This document shows positions 24,845-35,291 of a stretch of 64,000 nt of DNA, one piece after another (within the stretch, counting starts at the first letter, position 1; each line of letters opens with the position of its first letter). The stretch covers positions 18,311-82,310 of the forward strand of contig JAFWIO010000055.1 of the NCBI GenBank assembly GCA_017514785.1. The letters run 5' to 3'. The position numbers and the translations under genes were made by a program. The notes beneath the pieces were generated by a model. It saw only the letters and a program-made list of their open reading frames with translations. It made no database searches and was not told where the DNA came from. The DNA comes from Eubacterium sp. GTDB lineage: Bacteria > Bacillota > Clostridia > Lachnospirales > Lachnospiraceae.

Positions 24845-25237
24845 TTCAGATGTTTCTATTACCTTTATTCTATTTAAACAGCTTGGTTCCTTCAGCTACA
24901 TCTTCATACCCGTAACTCTATATTAGATTCACACCCACTATAATACAAAACCAGACCTTTGTCCATAAACTACGCAGATAATGACTACAAACTCATACTC
25001 CCCCCAGCCGCCTACCACAGTGCCTCCACCAACGCACACAACGCAAACCGCGCACATCGCATCTAGCGCATACACAAACATCACCCCCGAACCAGTCTCC
25101 TTATAGATTGGGAATAGTCCGCCCAACGCAGCGACGATTATATTATTTCCATGTAGTAGAAATGTGCCAAAACCACGACGCTCTACTACCCTTTAAATCT
25201 TTCTATGTTTGACGATTAGGTGCCTTCGGCAAATAAC

Positions 25238-25411
25238 CTATTTCCCTCTAATCTTCGCACTCACCCAGTAAACCAATCCACCAATAACTCCTCCAAGTGT
25301 ATTAAACGCAATATCCGACAACTGCCATGTGCCCAAGCGCAAGAACAACTGAAGCATCTCAATTGTGAGCGACGACAAAAATGAAACCGCAATTGCTCTA
25401 CTCGTCCCTGA
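25238..25411 (-). pseudogene. vanZ-family 3' remnant
   Basis: Frame not in track: AIAVSFLSSLTIEMLQLFLRLGTWQLSDIAFNTLGGVIGGLVYWVSAKIRGK*, near-identical to the C-terminus of 28777..29418; in-frame TAG upstream at 25412-25414, no start. Confidence 0.8.
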
Positions 25412-25445
25412 CTAAGAAATCGCTTTTCCACTCTCATGTAGTATT

Positions 25446-26624
25446 TCACCAAATGTATTCTACGGTTACTCCGGAAATATAACTATCCAAACTATTAATT
25501 CGATTCAAACTGTTTATCCAATAAACTTCCATTGGTATATTTGTATTCTTACACAATTCTATCTCTTCTCGACTATATGTATTTGAATCTATTACAACAG
25601 GGTTTCCGTATTTTTTTAACTCTTCAGCTTTACTGATAGTCTCTACTGATACACTTCCAACAACCAACTCTAGTCTCGCTGTATAATCATAGTCTCTTAC
25701 ATATTTCAAAAGAGTATCTGAATATGAAAACCAAGTGACCTTATCTTTCATTCTATGCTCTTCAATTAAATCATACAACTCTCTTATTTGAGTCTCTGTC
25801 CCTAAGAAAAGATGTAAGTACGCATGTATATCTAATTCATTGCATAATTCTAAAAAATTAACAAGGGTTAGAATTTTTGTACCTTTGAATTCTTCAGATT
25901 TATATATTCCGAAATCATATTCAAGAACTTCGTCATATGTTATTGTACCAATATCAATTGGGTCTGTTATTTCAGATCCATCTGCATTCCTTGCCACTCT
26001 ATTAATGGTAAAATCATGCAACATAACTGGGATACCATCTTTTGTATATTTAATATCAGCTTCAACTATATTGTATCCGTTTTGTTTTGCTAGCCGAAAA
26101 GCGAGCTCGGAATTCTCAGGAGCCATTTTTTTATAACCTCTGTGGCAAATAATATTCATTTTTTGAGAAAGCGTACTTACTATGCCTTTTTCGCTTTGAG
26201 GATCGATAATCTGTTCTTCTGTTGTCTCCTGGTAAATAGTCGACTGAGGCTGTGTTGTTATGGTTTTAGAATCAGGCTTGGCATTATTATTTTTTGCCTT
26301 ATTACTATTTAGAGTATAATTATTAACAACAACTCTACATTTATATTTCTTCTTTCTTACTTTAGCAATTATTGTGGTTTTTCCTATGTTCTTCGCAATT
26401 ACTTTTCCACTTTTAGTTACCTTGGCAATTGATGCATTCTTAGAGTACCACTTCACTTTTGCTTTTTTACGTTTGTTTTTTATCTTCAGCTTTTTTGTTT
26501 GACCTACAAGCATTGTGACTTTTTTATAATTCAATTTTTCCTTAGGCTTGCCAAACACGCCTATTTGTATGAATAGAACACCAACCACTAATCCAATTGT
26601 TAATATAATTACTCTTCTTTTCAT
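25446..26624 (-). CDS. Glycerophosphodiester phosphodiesterase family protein with N-terminal Ig-like (Big_2) domain
   Basis: Signal/TM anchor; WYSKNASIAKV..GKVIAK..GKT; ICHRG..APENS..VEADI..DG.PV.LHD. Confidence 0.85.
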   Translation of the reverse strand: MKRRVIILTIGLVVGVLFIQIGVFGKPKEKLNYKKVTMLVGQTKKLKIKNKRKKAKVKWYSKNASIAKVTKSGKVIAKNIGKTTIIAKVRKKKYKCRVVVNNYTLNSNKAKNNNAKPDSKTITTQPQSTIYQETTEEQIIDPQSEKGIVSTLSQKMNIICHRGYKKMAPENSELAFRLAKQNGYNIVEADIKYTKDGIPVMLHDFTINRVARNADGSEITDPIDIGTITYDEVLEYDFGIYKSEEFKGTKILTLVNFLELCNELDIHAYLHLFLGTETQIRELYDLIEEHRMKDKVTWFSYSDTLLKYVRDYDYTARLELVVGSVSVETISKAEELKKYGNPVVIDSNTYSREEIELCKNTNIPMEVYWINSLNRINSLDSYISGVTVEYIW

Positions 26625-26667
26625 TTCCTATTCGATAATTCCAACCTCTCTGCACACCCACCGAGAA

Positions 26668-27687
26668 CTACTCACTTTCCTTAACTCTCTTTCTTCCAAC
26701 CATCCAAGGCAAATATCTATTAATCACATATACCGGAATGATTAATATAAATGACATTGCTATTGAAATTACAATCGCCAACAAAGATGAGGTGATGTCA
26801 TTACTCAAACAAGTTTGATAAAAACCACTAAATTTTGTGGATAAAACTTTTTCTATAACAGTAAATAGTTTTGCATGCAACACAAAATACAATAGAGTGT
26901 TCGCACCAACAAAAGCTATATACCTATTAGTCTTAATAGTTTTAGCAACCATTATAATAAGCGCTATACCTAGGACACTCTCAAAATAACCATAAATAAA
27001 CATCGTACTCTTATTAAAATGTATAAGCATTGGCACAGATATAATTCCTATATATCCAATGAGAATAATTATTCTACTAAGCAAATTGTTAAAACTATCA
27101 AATTTACTTTCAACCAACCCTTTAAAGTAATAGCCTAATACCATCCATAAAAGATATATAAACACTGACTCTAAATGCCATGGCAACGCTGCACTTCCCC
27201 ACGGGAAAACTGATTTCGGCATTAAAATCATATATACATGACTCAACACCGATAAGATACATACTACGGGAATAGTAACTCTTGGTTTATCCCATTTAAT
27301 AACAAAATAAAACGGTATAAATGCCACAAATAAAGCTACAAGAAACCAAGCTACATCTCCATACCCTCTTACCTGGATAAGGTTTTTCAACAACATCTGT
27401 TTGAAATCTCTATTACCTTTAAATGTAATTACAATTGATAGCAAAATATTTAAATTGCTAAATAAAAACCAAGGCCAAAGTAACCCTTTTGTTTTCTTCA
27501 ACAAATGCGTCTTAAACGAATCACCCTTTCGATAAACATAACCTGACACAAAGAAAAAGCCCGTCAAGAAAAAAGGTACATAAAATTGATCTAAATAATC
27601 TGTTGTGCTTTCAAGATGAGAAAGCATAACAAATATGATGCATATATATTTAACTGTATCAACCCACTCTATTCGTTTGATACTCAT
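26668..27687 (-). CDS. Acyltransferase family 3 (membrane O-acyltransferase)
   Basis: RIEWVDTVK..H, FFFVSGY, WFL, multiple TM segments. Confidence 0.85.
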   Translation of the reverse strand: MSIKRIEWVDTVKYICIIFVMLSHLESTTDYLDQFYVPFFLTGFFFVSGYVYRKGDSFKTHLLKKTKGLLWPWFLFSNLNILLSIVITFKGNRDFKQMLLKNLIQVRGYGDVAWFLVALFVAFIPFYFVIKWDKPRVTIPVVCILSVLSHVYMILMPKSVFPWGSAALPWHLESVFIYLLWMVLGYYFKGLVESKFDSFNNLLSRIIILIGYIGIISVPMLIHFNKSTMFIYGYFESVLGIALIIMVAKTIKTNRYIAFVGANTLLYFVLHAKLFTVIEKVLSTKFSGFYQTCLSNDITSSLLAIVISIAMSFILIIPVYVINRYLPWMVGRKRVKESE

Positions 27688-27749
27688 TTTTTCCTCCTAC
27701 CTTCACATTTCTACAACAACTCAATTTGTAAGTCATAATTATCAAATCT

Positions 27750-28772
27750 TTAATTATTTATTTTATTCTTTCTCATTTTCATAGCTTTAAGAGGTTCTAT
27801 AAACATCAACAAGAACCACTTTTTCTCTGCCACATAATAAACCAATGCTGGCAAACCAAAGCTTGAAATCATTCCAGCAATTACATGTATAGTGATGTTA
27901 TCCACACCAATTTTCAAAAGCACTATCCTAATCATTGAGGCAAAAATAGTATGCATCAAGAAAATTGGCAATATATATTTTCTAAACTTAGACAAGTTCG
28001 ATCCTCTTCCATTTCTCATCAAATACAAGAATAAGTATACAATTGGAAAAACAAATAACACAGAAACCAAGAAATCAATACTAGGATTATTTTGGTTGTA
28101 TGTAAAGAATTTTAGTGTAACCACAATACCAACTACAGCCATCATTACAAAAACTATTTTTTCTAAAAGGTTATATTTTAATTTAATCACTGTTAACAGC
28201 ATTCCAATCGCGAACCAAATCGCATTATTACAACAACGGTTAACAAAATATGGAAGTCCTATGTGAGAAAGCAATACAAAAGCCTTTGCCGCTATAGAAA
28301 TAACTAGAATAGTATAAAGATATCTTTTTTTATTAACTCTTGGTATAAGTACGAACAAAAAAAATAATACATATAAATACCAATATGGAGCCATTGGGTT
28401 TATAAATAGGGTTTCCAATATAGGTGTCGGTTTAGAATTAACGCTTCCCGAAAACACATTCTTTAAAAGCAAGGATATAATTGAAAATACAAAATAAGGT
28501 ATCCCCAATGCAATTGCTTTATTCTTAATATTTAATAAATGTGATTTGAAGCCTATTTCTTTTTTAAAAAACTGGTATAAAAAACCACTACATACAAAAA
28601 AGATTTGGACAGGAATACAGTATGCCAGTTGGATTGGGAGACAATAATATACTACATCCTTATCAACCCATCCCATTTTGCATACACTCATATAAAAATG
28701 GGCTGTTACCACCATAATAATTGCTAATATTTTTGCACCATCCACCCAAGAAATACTTCTTTTTTGACTCAT
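27750..28772 (-). CDS. Acyltransferase family 3
   Basis: RSISWVDGAK..H, FFVCSGFLY, PYF, YWYL. Confidence 0.85.
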   Translation of the reverse strand: MSQKRSISWVDGAKILAIIMVVTAHFYMSVCKMGWVDKDVVYYCLPIQLAYCIPVQIFFVCSGFLYQFFKKEIGFKSHLLNIKNKAIALGIPYFVFSIISLLLKNVFSGSVNSKPTPILETLFINPMAPYWYLYVLFFLFVLIPRVNKKRYLYTILVISIAAKAFVLLSHIGLPYFVNRCCNNAIWFAIGMLLTVIKLKYNLLEKIVFVMMAVVGIVVTLKFFTYNQNNPSIDFLVSVLFVFPIVYLFLYLMRNGRGSNLSKFRKYILPIFLMHTIFASMIRIVLLKIGVDNITIHVIAGMISSFGLPALVYYVAEKKWFLLMFIEPLKAMKMRKNKINN

Positions 28773-28776
28773 AACA

Positions 28777-29418
28777 CTATATTCTCCTAATCTTTGCTGT
28801 TAACCAATATATTAAACCTCCAATAATGCCCCCTATTAAATTGAAGCAAATATCGGAAAGTTGCCAAGTCCCTAAACGCAAAAACAATTGAAGCATCTCT
28901 ATTGTTAGCGAAATTAGAAACGAGAAAGCCATTGATTTTCCCATAATTATCAAAAATTTGCTAGTTCTTTTCGAAGTTGTTTCCAAAAAAAAGAATAAGA
29001 AAAACACCAGAGGAATAAACAAAACCACATTTTCAAACATTTCCGTTGTAAAAGTTCCATCTTTCCTATGCAATCCCCATACTCCTATTACATCTGAAAC
29101 AGGATTAGCCCACATATCCCTATTTAATAATGTTTTAAATAGCACCATTACTGAAAAGAACACTAAATAAAAAGCTCTCCTAAACTTTTTTTGAGACAGG
29201 AACTTATCCTTCCACTCCTTGAAAGCCATAACAATCTTATCTTTTATGCTTACCTTATTATACTTTTCAATAAACATCAAAAAGAACAACACAAAAACAG
29301 ATAGTACCAACGCAAATAAGAACGGTTGGTAAACTGCCTTCAATACATTCTTAATTATCTCTGCTACACTTTCTTTCATCATAACACTGTTTTTATTTGT
29401 TAATAATCCACTCAACAA
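28777..29418 (-). CDS. VanZ family membrane protein
   Basis: ENVVLFIPL, SLTIEMLQ..G..SD..FN..GG. Confidence 0.85.
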   Translation of the reverse strand: MLSGLLTNKNSVMMKESVAEIIKNVLKAVYQPFLFALVLSVFVLFFLMFIEKYNKVSIKDKIVMAFKEWKDKFLSQKKFRRAFYLVFFSVMVLFKTLLNRDMWANPVSDVIGVWGLHRKDGTFTTEMFENVVLFIPLVFFLFFFLETTSKRTSKFLIIMGKSMAFSFLISLTIEMLQLFLRLGTWQLSDICFNLIGGIIGGLIYWLTAKIRRI

Positions 29419-29884
29419 ACTCCCTTACTGCACCTTCTCCCCCATTTTTTTCACACACATAATCCGATATTTCGACCACCTCTTTCGATGCGTCATTTGG
29501 GCAAGCGGTTAACCCCCCACTGTTTTTTACCATCTCCATACATGGGTAATCATTATTATCATCACCTATAAAAGCAACCGCTGACATATCTTCATTATCA
29601 CTATCTACTACTTCCTGCAATTTTGCTTTTTTGTCACTAACACCTTGAAACACCATATTGATTCCTAGTTCTTTACACCTATTTAAAACTATGGATGATT
29701 CTCTACCTGTAATAATGACAGGAATAATGTTTGCCTTTGAGGCCAAATCATGTATTCCATACCCATCCTTTATATTGAATGCTTTAAATACTTCGCCATC
29801 ATTGCCCATATATATTTTTCCATCTGTTAATGTTCCATCGACATCCATTACTAAATATTTTATATTGCTCATCTTTATCTCCAT
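29393..29884 (-). CDS. KdsC/YrbI-family HAD phosphatase (ulosonate-phosphate phosphatase-like)
   Basis: VMDVDGTLTDG, FNIKDGYG, ITGRES, FIGDDNND, GGEGAVRE. Confidence 0.85.
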   Translation of the reverse strand: MEIKMSNIKYLVMDVDGTLTDGKIYMGNDGEVFKAFNIKDGYGIHDLASKANIIPVIITGRESSIVLNRCKELGINMVFQGVSDKKAKLQEVVDSDNEDMSAVAFIGDDNNDYPCMEMVKNSGGLTACPNDASKEVVEISDYVCEKNGGEGAVREFVEWIINK

Positions 29885-29896
29885 TCGGTTTTTTCT

Positions 29897-31045
29897 TTAT
29901 TGTAAACTATTGTATAAATAATCTAAAGATTCTTCTCTCCATTGTTTTATTATATGTTTTACATTTTTAAAGTCTATTGTTTCTAGTGATCTAGAACTAA
30001 TATCATCCAACGAAATAAACCTATCTGTTAATTGCAGTCTTTCTAGAAAATCCTGCATCCTTATGCTAATTTTTCCTCTACTTAATGTGATAAAATCTTT
30101 TTCAAAAATAGTTGAAAAGACTGTTCCGTGGAATGAATCTGTAATGACAAAGTTTGCGTTTTTAATACGATTAATAAATTCAATTGGTCCGTCATCTCTT
30201 GAGCATAATAAAACATTATCAAGCTTATCTGGATCACCACATTGGCATATAATAGGCAAACCTAGTTTTCTGCTATATTCATTTGCTAACTCATATGCTT
30301 TGTCAGAGTTTTCAAACATATATAAATATATGTATTCATCACTAACATTCTTAGCGGAAATAATTGCCTCATAATCTTCTTTTTCCAAAAGAAGTGTTGG
30401 ATCTATACACCACTCAACCTTTTTATTATATAGTTTTTCTAAATATGGCACTGTCGTCTTTTCTCTAGTTGAAACCGAATCAAAAATATCTATTTTTGAT
30501 TGAATCTTATTTGAAACACTTTCTAACATTTTTTTATCATCAGTTCCAATGCTGGCTGCATAAGCAATTCTTTTACAGTTCTTTCCTTTTGTAAAATCTA
30601 AAAAATATACTTCACACTCATCTGAATTTATTCTTCCTGGTTTCCAAACCACATCGCTTCCAACTATGTATGCATCGTAATCTAAGTTTTTCATTTTATC
30701 AGATTTTATATATATTTTACTTCTATTTAAGTAATCGGCTTTAAACTTATAAAAAACTTTATCCTTTTTGTAAGTATTGTTATTTACACCTCTCTTATTT
30801 CCCCTAATCTTCGTTTTAAGATAGTCTTTAACTTTTCTACACATTCCTGTATTCTTTATTCTACTAACTAAATCTCTATTATCTAGTTGCGTAGGTCTAT
30901 AGTCTATCACTTCGGCTTTATAACCAAGTTTTTTCACTGTTTCTTGTAGGGCATAACACAAAAGTACTGCTCCATAATTATTGACATGCTGTACATTCAA
31001 AATGCCTACGTTCTTTATTAATTTATGATTATTATATTCTTTCAT
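29897..31045 (-). CDS. Polysaccharide pyruvyl transferase family protein
   Basis: NYGAVL..YALQ, VGSDVVW, AYAASIG, STRE, DPTLLL, TDSFHGTVFS. Confidence 0.85.
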   Translation of the reverse strand: MKEYNNHKLIKNVGILNVQHVNNYGAVLLCYALQETVKKLGYKAEVIDYRPTQLDNRDLVSRIKNTGMCRKVKDYLKTKIRGNKRGVNNNTYKKDKVFYKFKADYLNRSKIYIKSDKMKNLDYDAYIVGSDVVWKPGRINSDECEVYFLDFTKGKNCKRIAYAASIGTDDKKMLESVSNKIQSKIDIFDSVSTREKTTVPYLEKLYNKKVEWCIDPTLLLEKEDYEAIISAKNVSDEYIYLYMFENSDKAYELANEYSRKLGLPIICQCGDPDKLDNVLLCSRDDGPIEFINRIKNANFVITDSFHGTVFSTIFEKDFITLSRGKISIRMQDFLERLQLTDRFISLDDISSRSLETIDFKNVKHIIKQWREESLDYLYNSLQ

Positions 31046-32181
31046 TTCTTTAGTTTACCAATCACCTTTTGCATAATCGTCTTTTGTGTATAGCGCTTAA
31101 CAATAACACTAAACTTTTTTCTTCCTAGTTTTGAAAATGCTTTGTTTCTATTTATATTCTCTTCAGAAGATCTTACTAGTGCATATGTTTTATCTGGAAC
31201 CCACTCGTAAGGAATCTGTTTTGTAAAACACTCATCCTTAATACTTCTAAATATTTCTTCTCCCTTTGCAGAACTTATTAAGACCACTGATGTTCCTTTG
31301 TCATCGTTATCAAGTTCACGATGTTTTCCTCTTGCGGCTTCCCAAAAATCTCCAAGACTAATGTCTGCATTTCTTAGTTCTTTTTTAAAATCGCAACTTG
31401 TACAGCTTTTTCGTAAAAACAGATTTGTCACAAATGCTCTTCCAAAGAAATTGTCATTAAACCACTCATCATTAACCTTACCATCTTCATAGGCTACGTA
31501 AAAACTAAATCTATTCCATCCACTGCTTTTATATCGCATAGATACTTTTTCAATCTTACTATTAGACTGTATTTCTTTTAAGTATTCATCCCATGCTTTT
31601 GGCGATGGAACACCATGACATATAATGTCAACTAATACCAGTTTTGAATTGTTTCCTATTACATTTCCAACTGCTGCTGTTTGACACGGGGTCCCTGAAA
31701 ACAATACTTTTCTACCGCTATCTAAATCTTTTTTTATTGTTTTAAAAATGTTTGGATTTATGAAGCTTTGTACATATTTGCTACCTTGCAATCGGACTAA
31801 ATCCTTCTTATTATCGACCCTAACATGTTCTACTCTCCAGTTTTTAGAGAAAGCAGCCCCATAAACAACGCCTTCTTGTTCTATAATGCATTTTGCTAAG
31901 CAACTAAATATTCCACCTGAAGAACTATTTTTCACATTTTCTTCATCGTTACTCCATGCAGCGTAGACTTTTGGTTTTTTAAATTTTATTCTCTTGTTTT
32001 CCCCATAAACAGGACAAACTTGTTTGCACTTACCACAATCAATGCATTTTTCATTAATAGCAGGGTACCAAAATCCTTCATTTGAATATTCTAATTTAAT
32101 GGCACCTTTAGGACATATTTCTATGCATGCATTACATCCTGTACATCTATCATCTGTTTTTATCCTATTAATCATTTCCAA
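31042..32181 (-). CDS. F420 hydrogenase beta-subunit-like protein with 4Fe-4S ferredoxin domain
   Basis: CTGCNAC..CP, CIDCGKC..VCP, SSSGGIF, GSKYVQS, FSGTPCQ, CHGVPS. Confidence 0.85.
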   Translation of the reverse strand: MEMINRIKTDDRCTGCNACIEICPKGAIKLEYSNEGFWYPAINEKCIDCGKCKQVCPVYGENKRIKFKKPKVYAAWSNDEENVKNSSSGGIFSCLAKCIIEQEGVVYGAAFSKNWRVEHVRVDNKKDLVRLQGSKYVQSFINPNIFKTIKKDLDSGRKVLFSGTPCQTAAVGNVIGNNSKLVLVDIICHGVPSPKAWDEYLKEIQSNSKIEKVSMRYKSSGWNRFSFYVAYEDGKVNDEWFNDNFFGRAFVTNLFLRKSCTSCDFKKELRNADISLGDFWEAARGKHRELDNDDKGTSVVLISSAKGEEIFRSIKDECFTKQIPYEWVPDKTYALVRSSEENINRNKAFSKLGRKKFSVIVKRYTQKTIMQKVIGKLKK

Positions 32182-32190
32182 ACCTTTAAA

Positions 32191-33642
32191 TTAATTACTA
32201 CTTCTCAAAATTTTATATAATTCTTTGATCTTGTTTCTAAATATAAAAGCAAAAAGCATTATTATAGCTATAATCACCAACCTTAATACAAGATAGTTGT
32301 ATAAGAATGTCATTACAAAGGATATTGTTAAAACCAATGCAGATATTGCGGCGAGAATTTTTCCGTCAAATACCTTTACAGAGTTCATACTCTCTCTATT
32401 AACCTTTTTATAGAATATATAATGCATTACACAGAATAAAATATGTGAAACTAATGTGGAATAACCAGCTGCCGTATAACCCCAAATTGGAATCCACCAA
32501 GCATTAAGAATTATATTAACAATAGCTGCTGTTATTGTTGAAATAACAGTATAAGATTTTTTTTCATAAAATAACTCGATTCTAGAAAAGAGTTGATACA
32601 TATAGCCAAAAAATACACTTGCGCTTAATGTTGGAATCAAATATACAGCACCTGTATATTTGTTGCCAGCAAGAACCATTACCACTTCTGGAGCAAACAT
32701 TATCATTATCGAAAGAATGACCGCCAATCCTAGCAATACTAAATAACTAATCTTAGCTAATTGTTTAAAATCCTGTGCTTTAATCTTTTGATAAGTCCAC
32801 GGTACAAATGCTGTGTTTAATGCCCCTGAAAAAATGGTAAAAATAGCTGCTGCTGCAAAGGCAACACTATAAATACCGGCGTCAGTTGGCCCTAATATTT
32901 TATTTATCATAATACGATCTGTCTGGTTCAAGAGTGTTTCTGACAAATAGTGTACTAACAGTGGGATATTAAATGTTAAAGCATATGTCCATAATTTCTT
33001 ATCGTAGAATGTTTTGCTTTTTTTATAATTTACTACATAAAAGATTATTCCTGGTAATATTGTATTTACTATAACATATGATGCCACTCTCACTATGCCT
33101 TGATTCTCTTTAGTGAGCATAATGGCAATAACGCTAACTAGCGGAGTCAATATTGAAACAACAACTGTAACTAAAACTGGCTTAACATAATCAAACTGGT
33201 ATCTTTTATAAATAACCCAATTGTGGAATGGTTCTATAAATATATATCCCAAAAATATGAACACTACTACAATTGATGGCAATCCCATCAATTTGCCCAA
33301 CTCTTCTCTAAATATTAATGCCAAAATAAATATAGATGATGAGATTACAAACGACAAACTTTGAAATGCAGAAACTATTTTTTCATTTGAATCTTTCATT
33401 TTTACAAAGGCATTATTGATAACACCCATATGTAAATATAGAGTTGCCACAATAACCAAAACAGTATAATATGAAGCAAAAACACTAAACATTCCGTAGT
33501 CTTCTTGAGATAAAACCCTCGTAAAAATGGGAGTAGTAATCATACTAATCCCTTTTTGAAGGAAACCTACCATAGTAAACCAAAAGACTACTTTCAGTTG
33601 TACACTCATATTCCTATATCTAGCTACTATTTTATTGACCAT
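32191..33642 (-). CDS. wzx: Oligosaccharide flippase
   Basis: Many TM segments, TTPIFTRVLS..YG, DRIMI..AGIYS. Confidence 0.85.
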   Translation of the reverse strand: MVNKIVARYRNMSVQLKVVFWFTMVGFLQKGISMITTPIFTRVLSQEDYGMFSVFASYYTVLVIVATLYLHMGVINNAFVKMKDSNEKIVSAFQSLSFVISSSIFILALIFREELGKLMGLPSIVVVFIFLGYIFIEPFHNWVIYKRYQFDYVKPVLVTVVVSILTPLVSVIAIMLTKENQGIVRVASYVIVNTILPGIIFYVVNYKKSKTFYDKKLWTYALTFNIPLLVHYLSETLLNQTDRIMINKILGPTDAGIYSVAFAAAAIFTIFSGALNTAFVPWTYQKIKAQDFKQLAKISYLVLLGLAVILSIMIMFAPEVVMVLAGNKYTGAVYLIPTLSASVFFGYMYQLFSRIELFYEKKSYTVISTITAAIVNIILNAWWIPIWGYTAAGYSTLVSHILFCVMHYIFYKKVNRESMNSVKVFDGKILAAISALVLTISFVMTFLYNYLVLRLVIIAIIMLFAFIFRNKIKELYKILRSSN

Positions 33643-33683
33643 TCTTCTATCGTGTCCTTATAATTTCTTATATATATTTCGAT

Positions 33684-35270
33684 CTATTCATATAATGATG
33701 GAGTAATGAATTTAATGTCTATTCCTGTAGATGCAATTCGCTGAATAAACTCTTTATAATACTTATTTCTTCTATCCACTTGCTCTGTATTAACAGGTCG
33801 ACGCATTTCTGGATCATAATAGTTTTGATTAATGTTCACGTGAAATCCATCAAATCCTGCTAGTAGCATTTCCTTAACACCACATTCTTTTAAAAGATTC
33901 ATTATAATAACAGATGAAGAATCATGTGTTCTCTCATCTACTTCTATCCACTTGCTGTAATCAAGAATTTTTACATTGCCTCTTCCGCCCTTAGATACAT
34001 TTGATGGAACAATTAGATTTCTTCCTGCAGCAAGTTCTTTTTCATAAATGTCTGTACGTGTTGTAATAATATAATCATAGTCCAAATCTAATGTTGAGTT
34101 TAGACCAATTGTTACAATATCATCTTTGCTAATATATTCTTTAATATCGTCAAGTGCTTCACTAACACTTTTACCAGGTGCAATTAGTAATACTGTTTTG
34201 TTATCAAATTCTGTCTTTAATTCTTGTACCACACCAGTATCATCAACTGTCATACTCTCATTATATTTTCTATACAACTCTTCTGCGTAGTCTTTATCAA
34301 ATGATATTTTTTTATCTTCTTCTATCATGCCTAACAACTCGCCCACTTGATCAATAGGTAGCATATGCTTGTTATAGAAGTGGCTAGCATAACTAGGAGT
34401 ACAATGGTTCGCCGATGATAAATAATATTCAACTGCATATCCCCAGTAGAATTCTGAATGCAACTGATTAATTACCTCATCTATTACTTCAAGAAGTGGC
34501 TTTATATTGTAATTCTTTCCATAATAAAGATTCAAATGCTCTAATAGTAACTCTGTATTAAGATTTCCAGCACCTTTTCCCATTCCCATAATTGAACTGT
34601 CTAACATAATGTTTCGATTAGTTGGAAATGTTAACATTGCACACGCATTAGAATATGACATCTGCAAATTATTATGTGAATGAAAACCAAGAGTCATTGA
34701 TGGATTTAAATTGTTATCAACAAGATTCAATATCCTATTCATATCATTAGGTCTCATCTCCCCGAAACTATCTACAATATAAAAACCAGATGCGTCTGGT
34801 AACTCTTTATTAACTAACTCAATCAACTCTAATAATTCAGAATCTGTGTATCTTAGAGTAATCATAGGCTGTATATAAAACTTATAACCCTTTTCAATAA
34901 TCTTTTTTCCTAACGGAATCATATCAAGCCTATTTTTCTTATGAAAAGCCATTCTTATACCATCAATTCCGTCTTCTGTTTTTTCACCCAAATTATCGAC
35001 ATCGAATTTGCCATAATCCATCATAGCAACGTACTCGACGCCTTCTTTTTTGTTTTTAAGTATGCATTCGGGAATGACTTTTTCATTTATATACTGAGTT
35101 CTTCCACTTTCTGATCCATTGGTATCGTCAATATAACCCATTTCTATAACATCAACGCCAGAAGCTTCTTGAGCCTCTAGAATCTTTTCCATATATACTT
35201 GACCAAAATTGAAGTTGTTAACACAACCACCATCTCGCAATGTAACATCTAATACTTTTAAATTATTCAT
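33684..35270 (-). CDS. DRE-TIM (HMGL-like) aldolase-domain protein with extra C-terminal domain
   Basis: LDVTLRDGG, VDSFG, GFHSHNN, GMGKGAGNL.TE; C-terminal LIAPGKS..LAGFDG domain. Confidence 0.8.
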   Translation of the reverse strand: MNNLKVLDVTLRDGGCVNNFNFGQVYMEKILEAQEASGVDVIEMGYIDDTNGSESGRTQYINEKVIPECILKNKKEGVEYVAMMDYGKFDVDNLGEKTEDGIDGIRMAFHKKNRLDMIPLGKKIIEKGYKFYIQPMITLRYTDSELLELIELVNKELPDASGFYIVDSFGEMRPNDMNRILNLVDNNLNPSMTLGFHSHNNLQMSYSNACAMLTFPTNRNIMLDSSIMGMGKGAGNLNTELLLEHLNLYYGKNYNIKPLLEVIDEVINQLHSEFYWGYAVEYYLSSANHCTPSYASHFYNKHMLPIDQVGELLGMIEEDKKISFDKDYAEELYRKYNESMTVDDTGVVQELKTEFDNKTVLLIAPGKSVSEALDDIKEYISKDDIVTIGLNSTLDLDYDYIITTRTDIYEKELAAGRNLIVPSNVSKGGRGNVKILDYSKWIEVDERTHDSSSVIIMNLLKECGVKEMLLAGFDGFHVNINQNYYDPEMRRPVNTEQVDRRNKYYKEFIQRIASTGIDIKFITPSLYE

Positions 35271-35291
35271 TAATGTCCTCCATTATTATTT

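Noticed and set aside
24938-25126. 62-aa ORF in the track
   Set aside because: No RBS, odd composition, no motif; likely spurious.
25261-25452. 63-aa ORF in the track
   Set aside because: Wrong frame of the vanZ remnant.
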